A stretch of DNA of 63,976 bases, counting the filler, from Chiloscyllium plagiosum (Eukaryota), in NCBI RefSeq assembly GCF_004010195.1. It is 4 parts of one record of this genome, joined end to end, with 100 filler letters (N's around TTAATTAATTAA, not from the genome) between each part and the next. Parts side by side here need not be neighbours in the genome. Positions count along the whole stretch, not along the records: positions 1 to 20,935 come from NC_057710.1; positions 21,036 to 39,070 come from NC_057710.1; 2 more parts are not named here. The stretch is one strand, 5' to 3'. Position numbers and translations under genes: made by a program. This document shows, in pieces, positions 12,022-23,039 of this stretch (within the stretch, counting starts at the first letter, position 1; each line of letters starts with the position of its first letter). The notes beneath the pieces were generated by a model that was not told the origin of the DNA, did no database searches, and was given only the letters and a program-made list of their open reading frames with translations.

Positions 12022-12552
12022 ACATCATAGAGATGTACAATATGGAAACAGACCCTTCAGTCCAACATGTCCAGGCTGACTAGATGTCCTACATTAATCT
12101 AGTCTCATTTGCCAGCATTTGACCCATATCCCTCTAAACCCTTCCTATTCATTTACCCATCCAGATGCCTTGTAAATGTTGTAATTGTACCAGCCTTCAC
12201 CACTTCCTCTGGCAGCTCATTCCAAAAACATTCAGTCACAGACTGCGTGAAAAAGTTGCCCTTTAGGTCCCTTTTAAATCTTTCCCCTCTCACCTTAAAC
12301 CTGTGCCCCTTAGTTTTGGACTCGCCCACCCGAGGAAAATACCTTGTCTATTTATCCTATCCATGCCCCTCATGATTTTATAAACCTCTGTAAGGTCACC
12401 CCTCAGCCTCCAGCAATCCAGGGAAAACAGCCCCAGCCTGTTGAGCCTCTCCCGATACCTCAAACCCTCCAACCCTGGCAACATCCTTGTAAATCTTTTA
12501 TGAATCCTTTCAAGTTTCACAACATCCTTCCTATAGCAGGGAGACCAGAATG
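12022..12552 (-). mobile_element. CR1 LINE 3' end
   Basis: LERIHKRFTRMLPGLEGLRYRERLNRLGLFSL...RLRGDLTEVYKIMRG. Confidence 0.9.
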
Positions 12553-13139
12553 ATCACTGATTGTTGTAAAAACCTGTTGGCTGACTCTTAACTGTATTCT
12601 CAAGGGTAACAAGTACTCAGTTCAAGGGTAGTTGGGGATGGACAATAAATCATGGCCTTGCCTGTGATTCCCACATCCCATGAAAGAAAAGAAATAAAGA
12701 ACTTTGTCCCACACATACTCACATTTAAATGCTCATGTATACGTGGTTACTAAGTATTTTGATCATGGAAACAAGCCATTCAACCGAGCAAGCTGCTGCT
12801 GATATTTAAGCTCTATGTAAGTATCCTCCCATCCTGCTTCATCTCAACCTATCAGTATTTCCTTCCATCCATTCCTCCACTGTGTTTATCTTGCTTCCTC
12901 TGAAATATATCCGTGTTATTCACCTCAGCTGTTTGTGCCAGTCGGTTTCACATTCTCACCATTCCCTTGATGAAGGGGTCTCTCTTCAATTCACTGGTGA
13001 TTAGCTTGCATTGTAGACCCTAGTTCTGGCATTGGCATTTCTCTTTGGCATTCAATATTTGCTAAATAGAAAAGGTTTACAGATCAATATAAGTAGGTGA
13101 AAGCAATTATCTTAAACCCATGTTTCACGAGCAGTAAGA

Positions 13140-13585
13140 GTGAAGTGTGTGTGTGTAACTGCATGTGTGTACACCTGTGTGTGTAACTGCATGTGTGTGT
13201 GCATTTGTGTATTCGTGTAAATGTGTGTGTCTGTGTGCTTGTGTGTCTGCAAGTGCATGTGTGTGTGAGTGAGTGCGTATATGTGTGTGTCTGTGAGTGT
13301 CTGTGAATGAGTGCGTATGTGTGTGTGTATGTGTGAGTTCATGTGTGTGTGTGTCTGTGAGTGTGTGCGTGTGTATGTGTGCGTCTGTGAGAGTGCGTGT
13401 GTGTCTGTGAGTGCATGCGTGTGTATGTGTGTGCATCTGTGAGTGTGTGCATATGTGTGCGTGTGTGTGTGCATGTGCATGTATCTGTGAGTCTGTGAGT
13501 GTGTGCGTGTGTGTGTGTCTGTGACTGAATGTGTGTGTCCATCTGGGAGTATGTGTGTGAGTGTGATTGTGGATATGTGTGTTTG
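13140..13585. repeat. Degenerate (TG)n/(CA)n microsatellite
   Basis: About 450 bp of interrupted TG repeats; source of the His/Thr ORFs. Confidence 0.97.
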
Positions 13586-13741
13586 GAGGTGTGACCATTA
13601 TATTAAAAGTTGGGTTTGACTGTGATGGTATTCCTGGTTGAATGAGCTGCTCAGTGTGACAATAGTCACTTGTATTAGGGGAGACAGCGAAAAAGATGAA
13701 GGAAACTGGGAATAATAGCAGAGGTGTCTGTAGATCATACA

Positions 13742-13747
13742 TTTATT
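13742..13747 (-). terminator. Candidate polyadenylation signal for the minus-strand unknown gene
   Basis: AATAAA on the minus strand, at the end of an AT-rich unique island (~13700-14233), followed by a U/pyrimidine-rich downstream stretch. Confidence 0.35.
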
Positions 13748-14686
13748 TCTTCAAAATATACAAAACAAGTTAGAAAATACAAATATCATTTGGAAATACA
13801 GCATATTGGATCTTTGATAGTTTCCAAGTGATCAGAAACCATGGGAATTCTCCCTGATTTGTTTCAAGGCCATTGACCAAAGCCTCGGGGAGTAATCTCC
13901 ATCCTTATGGAAATCTGAAACACTAACGGGTGTGAGATCCACTGAACATAGAAAAGGATAACTGAAAGTCAGAGTATTTACAATATTTTAATGATCAGGG
14001 GGTTTCCCGGAAGTGTGGGCAGGTTTGGGGTTGGCACAGAGTGAGTCGATACGAAAGACATTTGCTGTCCTAAACCTCAGGGTCCGAGGGTAAGTTGTCT
14101 CTTGGATATCCTTTTCCATGCAAATGGTGCATGCACCAACAGACTGAGAAGGTGCAGTGTGAGTAAAATACAGTGTAGAGGATCAGGGTAGGGGATTGGA
14201 CAGTGACTGGCAGTCAGTAGTCAAGGCACGTTGCTATGAGACACAAATGTACATGAGGGGGGGGGGCAATGGCCTTGTATTAACACCAGACTGTTAATCC
14301 ATGGACCGTGGTTCAATTCCACCACCATGGCCAGTGGTGGAATATGAATTCAATAAAAATCTATAATTAAGAGTTCAATGATGATCAAGAACCCATTGCT
14401 GATTGTTGGAAAAACCCATCTGGTTCATTAATGACTTGGAGGGAATGAAGCTACCATCCTTACCTGGTCTCGTCTCCATGTGACTCTTAACTTAGGGATG
14501 GGCAATAATGCTGTCCTGGTCAGTGAGGCCCTCATCCCATGAATGAATAGAACAAAAGGTGGGTAATGGGGAAGGGCTATCTGAGTTAAATGGTCATATG
14601 TGAGTTATGTTTACTTACAAGCATTTTTATTTTTATTTATTTGCAACATTTGAGCATCAGTGACATTTTTTTCTGTTCGTCACTGT

Positions 14687-15040
14687 GGAGGCACAGTGGC
14701 TCAGCAGTTAGCACGGCTGCCTCACAGCCCCAGGGACCCGGGTTCAATTCCACCCTCGGGAGTGGAATTTGCACATTCGGTTTGTCGGTGTGGAGTTTGC
14801 ACATTCTCCCTGTGTCTGCGTGGGTTTCCTCCGGGTGCTCCAGTTTTCTCCTGCTATCCACAGATGTGCCGTTTAGGTGGACGGGCGATGCTAAATTGTC
14901 CATAGTGTGCAGGCTAGGTGTGTTAGCCATGGGAAATGAAGGGCTAGGATAGGGGTGTGGGTATGACCGGGATGCTGTTTGGATGGTTGGTGTGGAGCCG
15001 ACGGGCTGAATGGCCTGATTCCACACTGGAGGGATTCTGT
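14687..15040 (+). mobile_element. HE1-type V-SINE
   Basis: GGCACAGTGGCTCAGCAGTTAGC head and V-domain. Further copies at ~7760-8015(-), 18155-18470(-), 18680-19000(-), 19885-20185(+), 25245-25540(-), 28108-28395(+), 34505-34955(+), 40820-41100(-), 42755-43100(-) and 58555-58890(-). Confidence 0.88.
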
Positions 15041-15365
15041 AATCTTCCAGGTACCCTGAGGTAAATGTGGGCAGCCTCCTTTAACTATTGCAACCAACAT
15101 ACTCTCGTTAATCTTTACAGCGGTTTGATGTATTTGAACAAAAATAGCAGGGCCAATTCTGAGGGCAGCGAAAAGTTAACCACACCAATGTGGGACTCAG
15201 GTTATACCTCAAGTCAAGCCAAGTAAGATCAGCAAGTTCATTTTTACCTGAAGGACATTGGCAAGCGAGCTGTGTTATCGACAGCAACCTGAGAGTTTTC
15301 ATAGCCACTTTCACTCCATGTGGGGGCGTCAAGCAGACTTTATTACAACAGTTTATGCAATTGTT

Positions 15366-16273
15366 TGTCCCCATCAAACCCTCCCAGGACAGGGACAGCA
15401 CGGGGTTAGAATCAGAGGAAAGCTCCCTCTACACTGTCCCCATCAAACCCTCCCAGGACAGGGACAGCATGGGGTTAGATATGGAGTAAAGCATCCTCTA
15501 CATTGTCCCCATCTAACACTCCCAGGACAGGGACAGCACGGGGTTAGATACAGAGTAAAGCTCACTCTACACTGTCCCCATCTAACACTCCCAGGACAGG
15601 GACAGCACAAGGTTAGATACAGAGTAAAGCTCCCTCTACACTGTCCCCATGAAACATTCCCAGGACAGGGACAGCATGGGGTTAGATACAGAGTAAAGTT
15701 CCCTCTACACCATCCCCATCAAACACTCCCAGGACAGGGACATCACGGGGTTAGAATCAGAGGAAAGCTCCCTCTACTATCCCCATCAAACTCTCCCAGG
15801 ACAGGGACAGCATGGGGTTAGATATGGAGTAAAGCTCTCTCTACACTGTCCCCATCTAACACTTGCAGGACAGGGACAGCACAAGGTTAGATACAGAGTA
15901 AAGCTCCCTCTACACTGTCCCCATCAAACATTCCCAGGACAGAGACAGCACGGGGTTAGATACAGAGTAAAGCACCCTGTACACCATCCCCATCAAACAC
16001 TCCCAGGACAGGGACAGCACGGGGTTAGATACAGAGTAAAGCTCTCTCTACACTGTCCCCATCAAACACTCCCAGGACAGGGACAGCATAGGGTTAGATA
16101 TGGAGTAAAGCTCTCATTACACTGTCCCCATCAAACACTCCCAGGATAGGGACAGCATGGGGTTGGATACAGAGGAAAGCTCCCTTTACACTGTCCCCAT
16201 CAAACACTTCCAGGACAGTGACAGCATGGGGTTGGATACAGAGGGAAGCTCCCTCTACACTGTCCCCATCAAA
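15366..16273. repeat. 69-bp minisatellite, ~13 copies
   Basis: Unit TCCCCATCAAACACTCCCAGGACAGGGACAGCACGGGGTTAGATACAGAGTAAAGCTCCCTCTACACTG, giving a 23-aa periodic ORF. Confidence 0.97.
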
Positions 16274-16698
16274 TACAAAGTCAGGAGAAGTGCAGTCCGA
16301 AAGCACTGAGTTATGTCTGAGTCTAAATTAGGTGTAGGCTGTACAATGGGACTGTTGGTCTCTGATACACAAGGTGAGGCTGACCAAATTCATTGCTTAA
16401 TTTTCAGGAAGGGAGACATTATTCCTGCTGTTGAGATTAGTATCCTTACCACTTCCCCTTCATCTCTGACCCATTGACAAGGTCAGATCGAAAGCTGCAG
16501 GTGATTATCACTGTGGTGGCATTTGCTTCTTGAAACCTAAGAAACTCTCTTGAATTACCTCACCATCATGGCAAGCAACTGATCCAAGATTAAACAGTCA
16601 CTTTTTCTCGAATTCTGACCTGATTCACAGTGGCTAAGGAATGTAGGGGAGACGCAAAGTGCATTTAGAATCCATTGTGCTTTCCACTGGGTGGTCAC

Positions 16699-16962
16699 TT
16701 ATTTCGTTGGCGCTGTTTCCTCCATATGTGACGGACTGTTGAAATCTTCAACTTTGTCACAATTAACGTCCACTTCCACATCACTGTCCTGCTTGGTGCT
16801 CTGTGAATCTGATCCCTTCGGACTCCAGGAGGAGTCAGCCGAGAACTCCTGGTGTGTGCCAACCATTTCTGTCTGCTGTTGTCTCCCTGCCTCAGTGGTG
16901 GGGTCAATAAGCGCCTCTTCCTCAGCTTTGAACCAGTTGGGTTTTTCATCCTCGGTCAAATC
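16699..16962 (-). CDS. Probable last coding exon of an unidentified gene (87 aa, acidic/Ser-rich, likely disordered C-terminus)
   Basis: Non-repetitive open frame DLTEDEKPNWFKAEEEALIDPTTE...DSDVEVDVNCDKVEDFNSPSHMEETAPTK*. It is preceded on the minus strand by a textbook acceptor (branch-like CTAAT + TTCTCCCTGTCCCGCAG, phase 0). No domain recognised. Confidence 0.6.
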   Translation of the reverse strand, partial: DLTEDEKPNWFKAEEEALIDPTTEAGRQQQTEMVGTHQEFSADSSWSPKGSDSQSTKQDSDVEVDVNCDKVEDFNSPSHMEETAPTK

Positions 16963-17959
16963 CTGCGGGACAGGGAGAAATTAGACAACCAGCCACTGAA
17001 GGACACAAAGGCACTGGAGATGGTGCGGAAAGGAGATGTGAGAATGGATCCTGAGTTGAGGAACTTCCAATATGTCAACATATTTCACTGGCAAAGAGAG
17101 CAAATTCCTTCAAGGTGTTCAAAATCCAGGGGAGTCTGGGGGATGGGGAAACTGTCAATGGATGGTTCAAGAATTGGGTGGAGTATTTTGAGATTAGGGG
17201 TTGTATTTTGTAAGTGAGATGAGAAAGATTTTAAAAAAGACATGAGGTGCAAGTTTTTTTTTACACAGAGAGTGGTTTGTGTGTGGAATGAACTTCCAGA
17301 GGAAGTGGTGGATACAGGTACAATTACAACACTTTAACGACATTTGGATAACCACATGAACAAGGAATGTTTGGTAGGATATGGGCCAAGCGCAGGCAGG
17401 TGGGACTAGTTTAGTTTGGAATTATGGTTGGTGTGGACGGGTTGGACAGAAGAGGCTGTTTCTGAGCTGTATGACTGTATGACTCGATGATAACGAGAGG
17501 ACCCTGATTTAGAGTAATTGGCAAAAAAGTCAATATGGGGAAAAAATGATTTTCACGCAGTCCCTGATCATATTCTGGAATGCTGTGCCTGAGAGTGCAC
17601 TGTAGATACATTCCATCCATGTTTTCAAAAGAAAATTTGATAATTATCTGAAATGGAAACATTTGTAGGTCTATTGGGGGAATGTAGGAGGGCCGCTTTT
17701 CCAGAGGGCCAGCCCAGGTGGAATGGGCCAAACGACCGCCTCCTGTGCTGTCACCACTCCATGATTTTCTGTTTCGATGACTGGTCTTTGGATGGATAAA
17801 AAAAGAGACAATGTAGAATCACAAGGTGAGAAAAGACCAAGGTCCATCTATGACAGAGCAACAATGGGCTAATTGTAGCAATGCGCGATCATCAGGACTC
17901 TCAGCTCATCGTCAGCTTGTTTTAGCTTCAAGCCTCACTTGAGAATTTAACCTTCCCCG

Positions 17960-19225
17960 ATATTCCCAGTGTGATACTGAGGGTGTGCTGATGGTGATGT
18001 CATTTTTTTTGGATGAGAATTAAAACAGAGTCAGAGAGATCTATAGCACAGAAGAAAGGCCCTTCAGCCCATCACTGTCATGGCAGTGTAAAACCACTTC
18101 CCCTTTTCTAGTACTTGGCTATAGCTTTGGAATCACAAGTGCACATCAAAATACATTGTAGAATCCCTATAGTGTGGAAGCTCATTGAGTCCACACCAAC
18201 CCTCTGAAGTGCATTCCTACGCATCCTATCCCTGTATTTGCAATGGCTAACCCACCTAGCCAGCACATCCCTGGACATTATGGGCAATTTCCTATCGCCA
18301 GTCAACCTAACCTGCACATCTTTGGACTGTGGAAGGAAACCACATCACCCGGAGGAAACCCATGCAGACTGGGGAAGAACGTGCAAAGTGTACGCAGTTG
18401 AGGCTGGAATTGAACCTGGGTCCCTGGCACTGCGAGGCAGCAGTGCTAACCATTGGGTCACTGGGCTGCCCCAGATTCTTTGATGTGATGAGGGTTTCTG
18501 CTTCTCCCACCCTCACAGAAGGTGAGTTCCAGATTCCACCACCTTCTGGGTGGGAAAGGTTTTCCTGACATCTCCTCTACACCTTCTGCCCCTTACCTTC
18601 AATCTACGATACCTACATCAAGAAAACAAGATTTTCTATCGACCGTACCTGTGCCCCGTATAATGCTATTCATCTTTTTTGTAGATTAGATTCCCTATAG
18701 TGCGGAAACAGGCCCTTCGGCCCAACAAGTCCACACCAACCTTTCGAAGAGCAACCCACCCATTCCCCTACATTCACCCCTGACAAATGCACCTAACACT
18801 ACGGGCAATTTAGCATGGCCAATTCACCTGACTGGCACATCTTTGGACTGTGGGAGGAAACTGGAGCACCCGGAGGAAACCCACGCGGACACTGGGAGAA
18901 TGTGCAGACTCCACACAGACAGTTGCCCGAGGGAGGGATTGAACCCGGGTCCCTGACGCTGTGAGGCAGCAGTGCTAACCACTGTGCCGCCGTGCCGCCC
19001 AGGGGTACAAAGAGAAGGTATGCCATCCTCTTGAAGAGGAGGGAAGGTCTCGCCAGTATCCTGTCCCTGAACCAACATCATCCAAAACAGATGATCTGGT
19101 TATTATCACCTTGATCTTCAAGGGAGCTCGAGGGAACTTGTTGATTGACTGCTGAGTTCTCTACACTGCAATAACACTTCAGTAATTGTAAAGAGCTTTG
19201 GGATATTGTCAGCCTGTGAAACATA
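17960..19225 (+). mobile_element. Deu-domain SINE remnant split by younger insertions (pieces 17960-18030 and 19005-19225)
   Basis: GATACTGAGGGTGTGCTG...GGATGAGAATTAAA, then CCAACATCATCCAAAACAGATGATCTGGTTATTATCAC...GTAAAGAGCTTTGGGA, resembling the SacSINE1/AmnSINE Deu domain as recalled. Other remnants at ~48210-48425(-), 49040-49170(-) and 54517-54690(+). Confidence 0.6.
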
Positions 19226-20935
19226 TGAACATACAAATTACGAATATGAATTACGACTTGGAAATATATCACCGTTCCTTCACTGTCACTGTGTCAAAAT
19301 CCTGGGATTCCCTCCCTAAGGGCATTGCGGGTCAACCCACAGCACATGGACTGCAGCGGTTCAAGACGGCAGCTCACCCCCACCTTCTCAAGGGACAACT
19401 AGGGACGTGCAATAAATGTGGAAGCAGCTAGCAACTCCCACATCCCAAAATCAGTTGGCAGTTTGTTCCCTCAAGCCTGCTCTCCCTATCGATGAGATTA
19501 TGACTGATGTGTTTGTATTTTAAATTCTACACTCTCATTTATCCCTGACAACCTTTGATTCTTGGTCTAATGAGAATTCACCCACTTCTGTCTGAAGGTT
19601 TTCAATGACCTCTGTCTCTATTGCTTTCTCAGGCAGAGAATTTCAAAGTTGCTCAACCCTCTGAGAGAAAAAGTATTCTCTTCATCTCTGCCCTGACTCG
19701 GCAGCACCTAAGGTTAAAACAGTGCCCCCTAGTTCCGGGCTGACCCACACAAGAAAATATCTTTTCCACAACTCACTTGTCAAGACCATTCAGGATCTTA
19801 TACACTTCAATCAAATCCCCCCTGACTTTTCTAAACTCCAGTGGCAGTTTGTCCAACTTTTCCCCATAAGACAACCCTCACATCAGGGTCCCAGGTTCAA
19901 ATCCACCCTTGGGTGATTGTGTGGAGTTTGGACATTCTCCCTGTGTCTGCATAGGTTTCCTTTGGGTGCTCTGGTTTCCTCCCACAGTCTAAAGCTGTGC
20001 AGTTTAGATAGATTGGCCACACTAAATTGCTCATAGTGTCCAAGGATATGCAGGCTAGGGGGATTAGCCGTGGGAAATGCAGGGTTACAAAGTAGGGGGT
20101 GTTGGGAGTGGGTGGGACGCTCTTTGGAGGGGTGGTGTGGACTCGATGGGTCAAATGGCCTGCTTCCACACTGTAGAGAATCTATGATCTGCTCACTCCA
20201 GCTATTAATCTACTCAGCCTCCTCTGGACCTCTTCCACTACATTTCCATCCATCCTTAAATAAGGAGACCCAAACTGTATCTGAGATGTGGTCTCACTAA
20301 TATTTTGTGTAACTGAAGCAGAACATCTTTACATTTTTGTTCAATTCTTCTCATAGTGAAACATAATCCCATTCGGGACTTGCTGTGCCTGCATGGTGAC
20401 TCTTTTTGTTACTCATGCATTAGAACACCTCTGAATTCCTCACCATTAAGCTGTTTATGTAATTGCTTATGTAAATTGTTATTCTTTCTGGCAAAGTGAC
20501 CAAGTTCACATTTTCCCACACTGCATTCCATCTGCCAGACCATTGTTCACTCACTCAGGCTGTATCAGTCTGCAAAGTTACAACTGTCTTTCCCAATGTA
20601 CCTGTCATCTATGAATTTACCTACCATGCTTTCATTTCACTTATTTGAGTCATTGATGTGTCATGTAAAAGGCTGAGACCCCAGCACAGACCACTACAGG
20701 AATCTACCCTTCACATCCTGCCAATCAGACAAGGATGCATTTTTATAAACTCTCTGTTTTCTACTAGCCAACCAATATTCTATCCACACTGGTGTGTTAT
20801 CTCTGACACTATGTGCTTCACTCATAGAACATAGAACAAACAGCACAGAACAGGCCCTTCGGCCCACGATGTTGTGCCGAACATTTGTCCTAGCTTAAGC
20901 ACCCATCCATGTACCTATCCAATTGCCACTTAAAG

Positions 20936-21035
20936 NNNNNNNNNNNNNNNNNNNNNNNNNNNNNNNNNNNNNNNNNNNNTTAATTAATTAANNNNNNNNN
21001 NNNNNNNNNNNNNNNNNNNNNNNNNNNNNNNNNNN
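20936..21035. other. Artificial scaffold spacer (44 N + TTAATTAATTAA + 44 N)
   Basis: Exactly 100 nt. The palindromic 12-mer places stop codons in all six frames. Confidence 0.97.
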
Positions 21036-22109
21036 TGTGTGTGTGTGTGTGTGTGGTCCACATGTATACATACATACAGAAGTACAGGAGTGCAGAGACA
21101 GAGAGGACCTGAGCACCAAAACAAGGCCAATGTAGAAATGAACAGCTGCACTGGGAAAAGTTACAAAAACGAAAGTCAGTGGGGAAGTAGTGGTGGGGGC
21201 GGGTGGGGGTAGATTGTGGGGGGAAGGAAGACGGGGATCCAATTTAGAACTGGAAAATCCCAGTTGTGGACGTGCTGTGATGTCGGTTATAAAGGTCAGG
21301 CTGTGCAGGCTGTGGAAAGAATGCCCATTTTTAAACAGGTCTCTTTTCTTCCTGGTGGTTTCTAGAGAGTGACAGTGATTGAGAGCTCGCTGTACGAGCT
21401 GTAACATTCAAGATCCTTTCCGAAGCCGTTGCCAGCGAGAGTTCTTATATATAGATATATTTATTCTTGTTTATTGTGAAAAGTAGCCCAACTGGGGACC
21501 ATTGGAAATTCTTGCAGCAGCAACCTAATGACCTCAGGAAAAAAAAGGGTTTTTGTTTCCACTGATGGTTCCTAACTTTGAAATGAAAAGAAACAGTCAA
21601 TGACTTTCTCACAGGGGGGAGGTTTTAACACCTTCTGTCTCCAGCTCACCTTGTTTCTCCTCCGGTTTGAAAATGTGTTGCTGGAAAAGCGCAGCAGGTC
21701 AGGCAGCATCCAAGGAGCAGGAGAATCGATGTTTCGGGCAGGAGCTGGCACACTTTCCTCATTAAAAAAGCCATTCTCCTTTGGTTTGTCAACTTCTGTC
21801 CTGCCTTTCCTTTCATACTTTCTCATGGCCCTCCTGACCCTATCACCCCGCGGCTGGGAATCTTATAGTGGAGCATGAGGCCTTTGGGCCCTTCACACCT
21901 GTTGCTGGCCCAAGGAAAATTGCTGAGGTCCCAGAGAATCAAGGGGCTGCCCTCTCTCATCAGAGACAGAGACGACAGATGGTGAATTTTACCTGAGGGT
22001 CACCACATCTCAGAGAAGGCTTTTTCACTGGAGCGTAGGAGGTTGAGAGATGACTGTATTGGAGGCTCATACAATCATGAGGGGCGTACATAGGGTGACT
22101 GGTAGGATG

Positions 22110-22831
22110 AAAGTGAGGACTGCAGATGCTGGAGATCAGAGCTGAAAATGTGTTGCTGGAAAAGCGCAGCAGGTCAGGCAGCATCCAAGGAGCAGGAGAA
22201 TCAACGTTTCGGGCATGAGCCCTTCTTCAGGAATGAGGAGGCCAAGCGTGGAGCGGAGAATCCGGAGGGAGGTCTGCTGCTGGAGGCTTCGGATTTGTTG
22301 TAGGTACTGGTTGTCCTGGTTGGGTACAAATTTTGTTGGTCTGAACGTAGTCCGGAGTCCGTGCAGGGTCAGTTGGTTCCGTAGGCAGGTGCTGAGGAAG
22401 GAGATGTGGCTGTGGTTGCAAGTCTGTTTGAGAACGTGGCTGAAGAGCTTCTGGGCAGAGGAGATGACCTGGGGGGTGCAGTGAGAGAGGGACTCACTGA
22501 GATCCTTGTAGAGGGAGGAAGAGAACTTCTTCAAGGAAGGCATCCTTGTAAGAGGATTCGCAATGGGTTAAAATCTTCTAGGAGAAAGTGAGGACTGCAG
22601 ATGCTGGAGATCAGAGCTGAAAAATGTGTTGCTGGAAAAGCGCAGCAGGTCAGGCAGCATCCAAGGAGCATGAGAATCGACGTTTCGGGCATGAGCCCTT
22701 CTTCACGAATGAGGAGCCCTTCTTCAGACCACCTCATTCCTGAAGAAGGGCTCATGCCCAAAATGTCGATTCTCCTGCTCCTTGGATGCTGCCTGATCTG
22801 CTGCGCTTTTCCAGCAACACATTTTCAGCTC
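22110..22831 (-). mobile_element. Non-autonomous Penelope-like element: direct pLTR repeats, ORF N-terminal fragment and inverted pLTR
   Basis: Direct repeats at ~22110-22236 and ~22584-22712 flank ORF MPSLKKFSS...HSHISFLSTCLRNQLTLHGL. An inverted copy lies at ~22733-22831. Flanked by the duplication TGA[C/A]TGGTAGGATG (22096-22109 / 22832-22845). Confidence 0.75.
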
Positions 22832-23039
22832 TGAATGGTAGGATGGGCAATTTCAAGATGAGGGGGCATATTTTTAAGGTGAGAGGAGAGAGATTTAAAA
22901 AAGACATGAGGGCAACCTTTTTACACAGAGATTGGTTCGTGTGTGGAATGAAGGGAATGGTGGATGTAAGTATAGTTACAAAGTTTAAAAGATACTGATA
23001 GGTACGTGAATAGGAAAGGTCTGGAGGGATATGGGCCAG

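Noticed and set aside
13112..13742. His/Thr-rich ORFs
   Set aside because: Translation of the (CA)n microsatellite.
15366..16273. CRISPR-like regular repeat
   Set aside because: Head-to-tail units with no unique spacers, no cas genes, and a vertebrate context.
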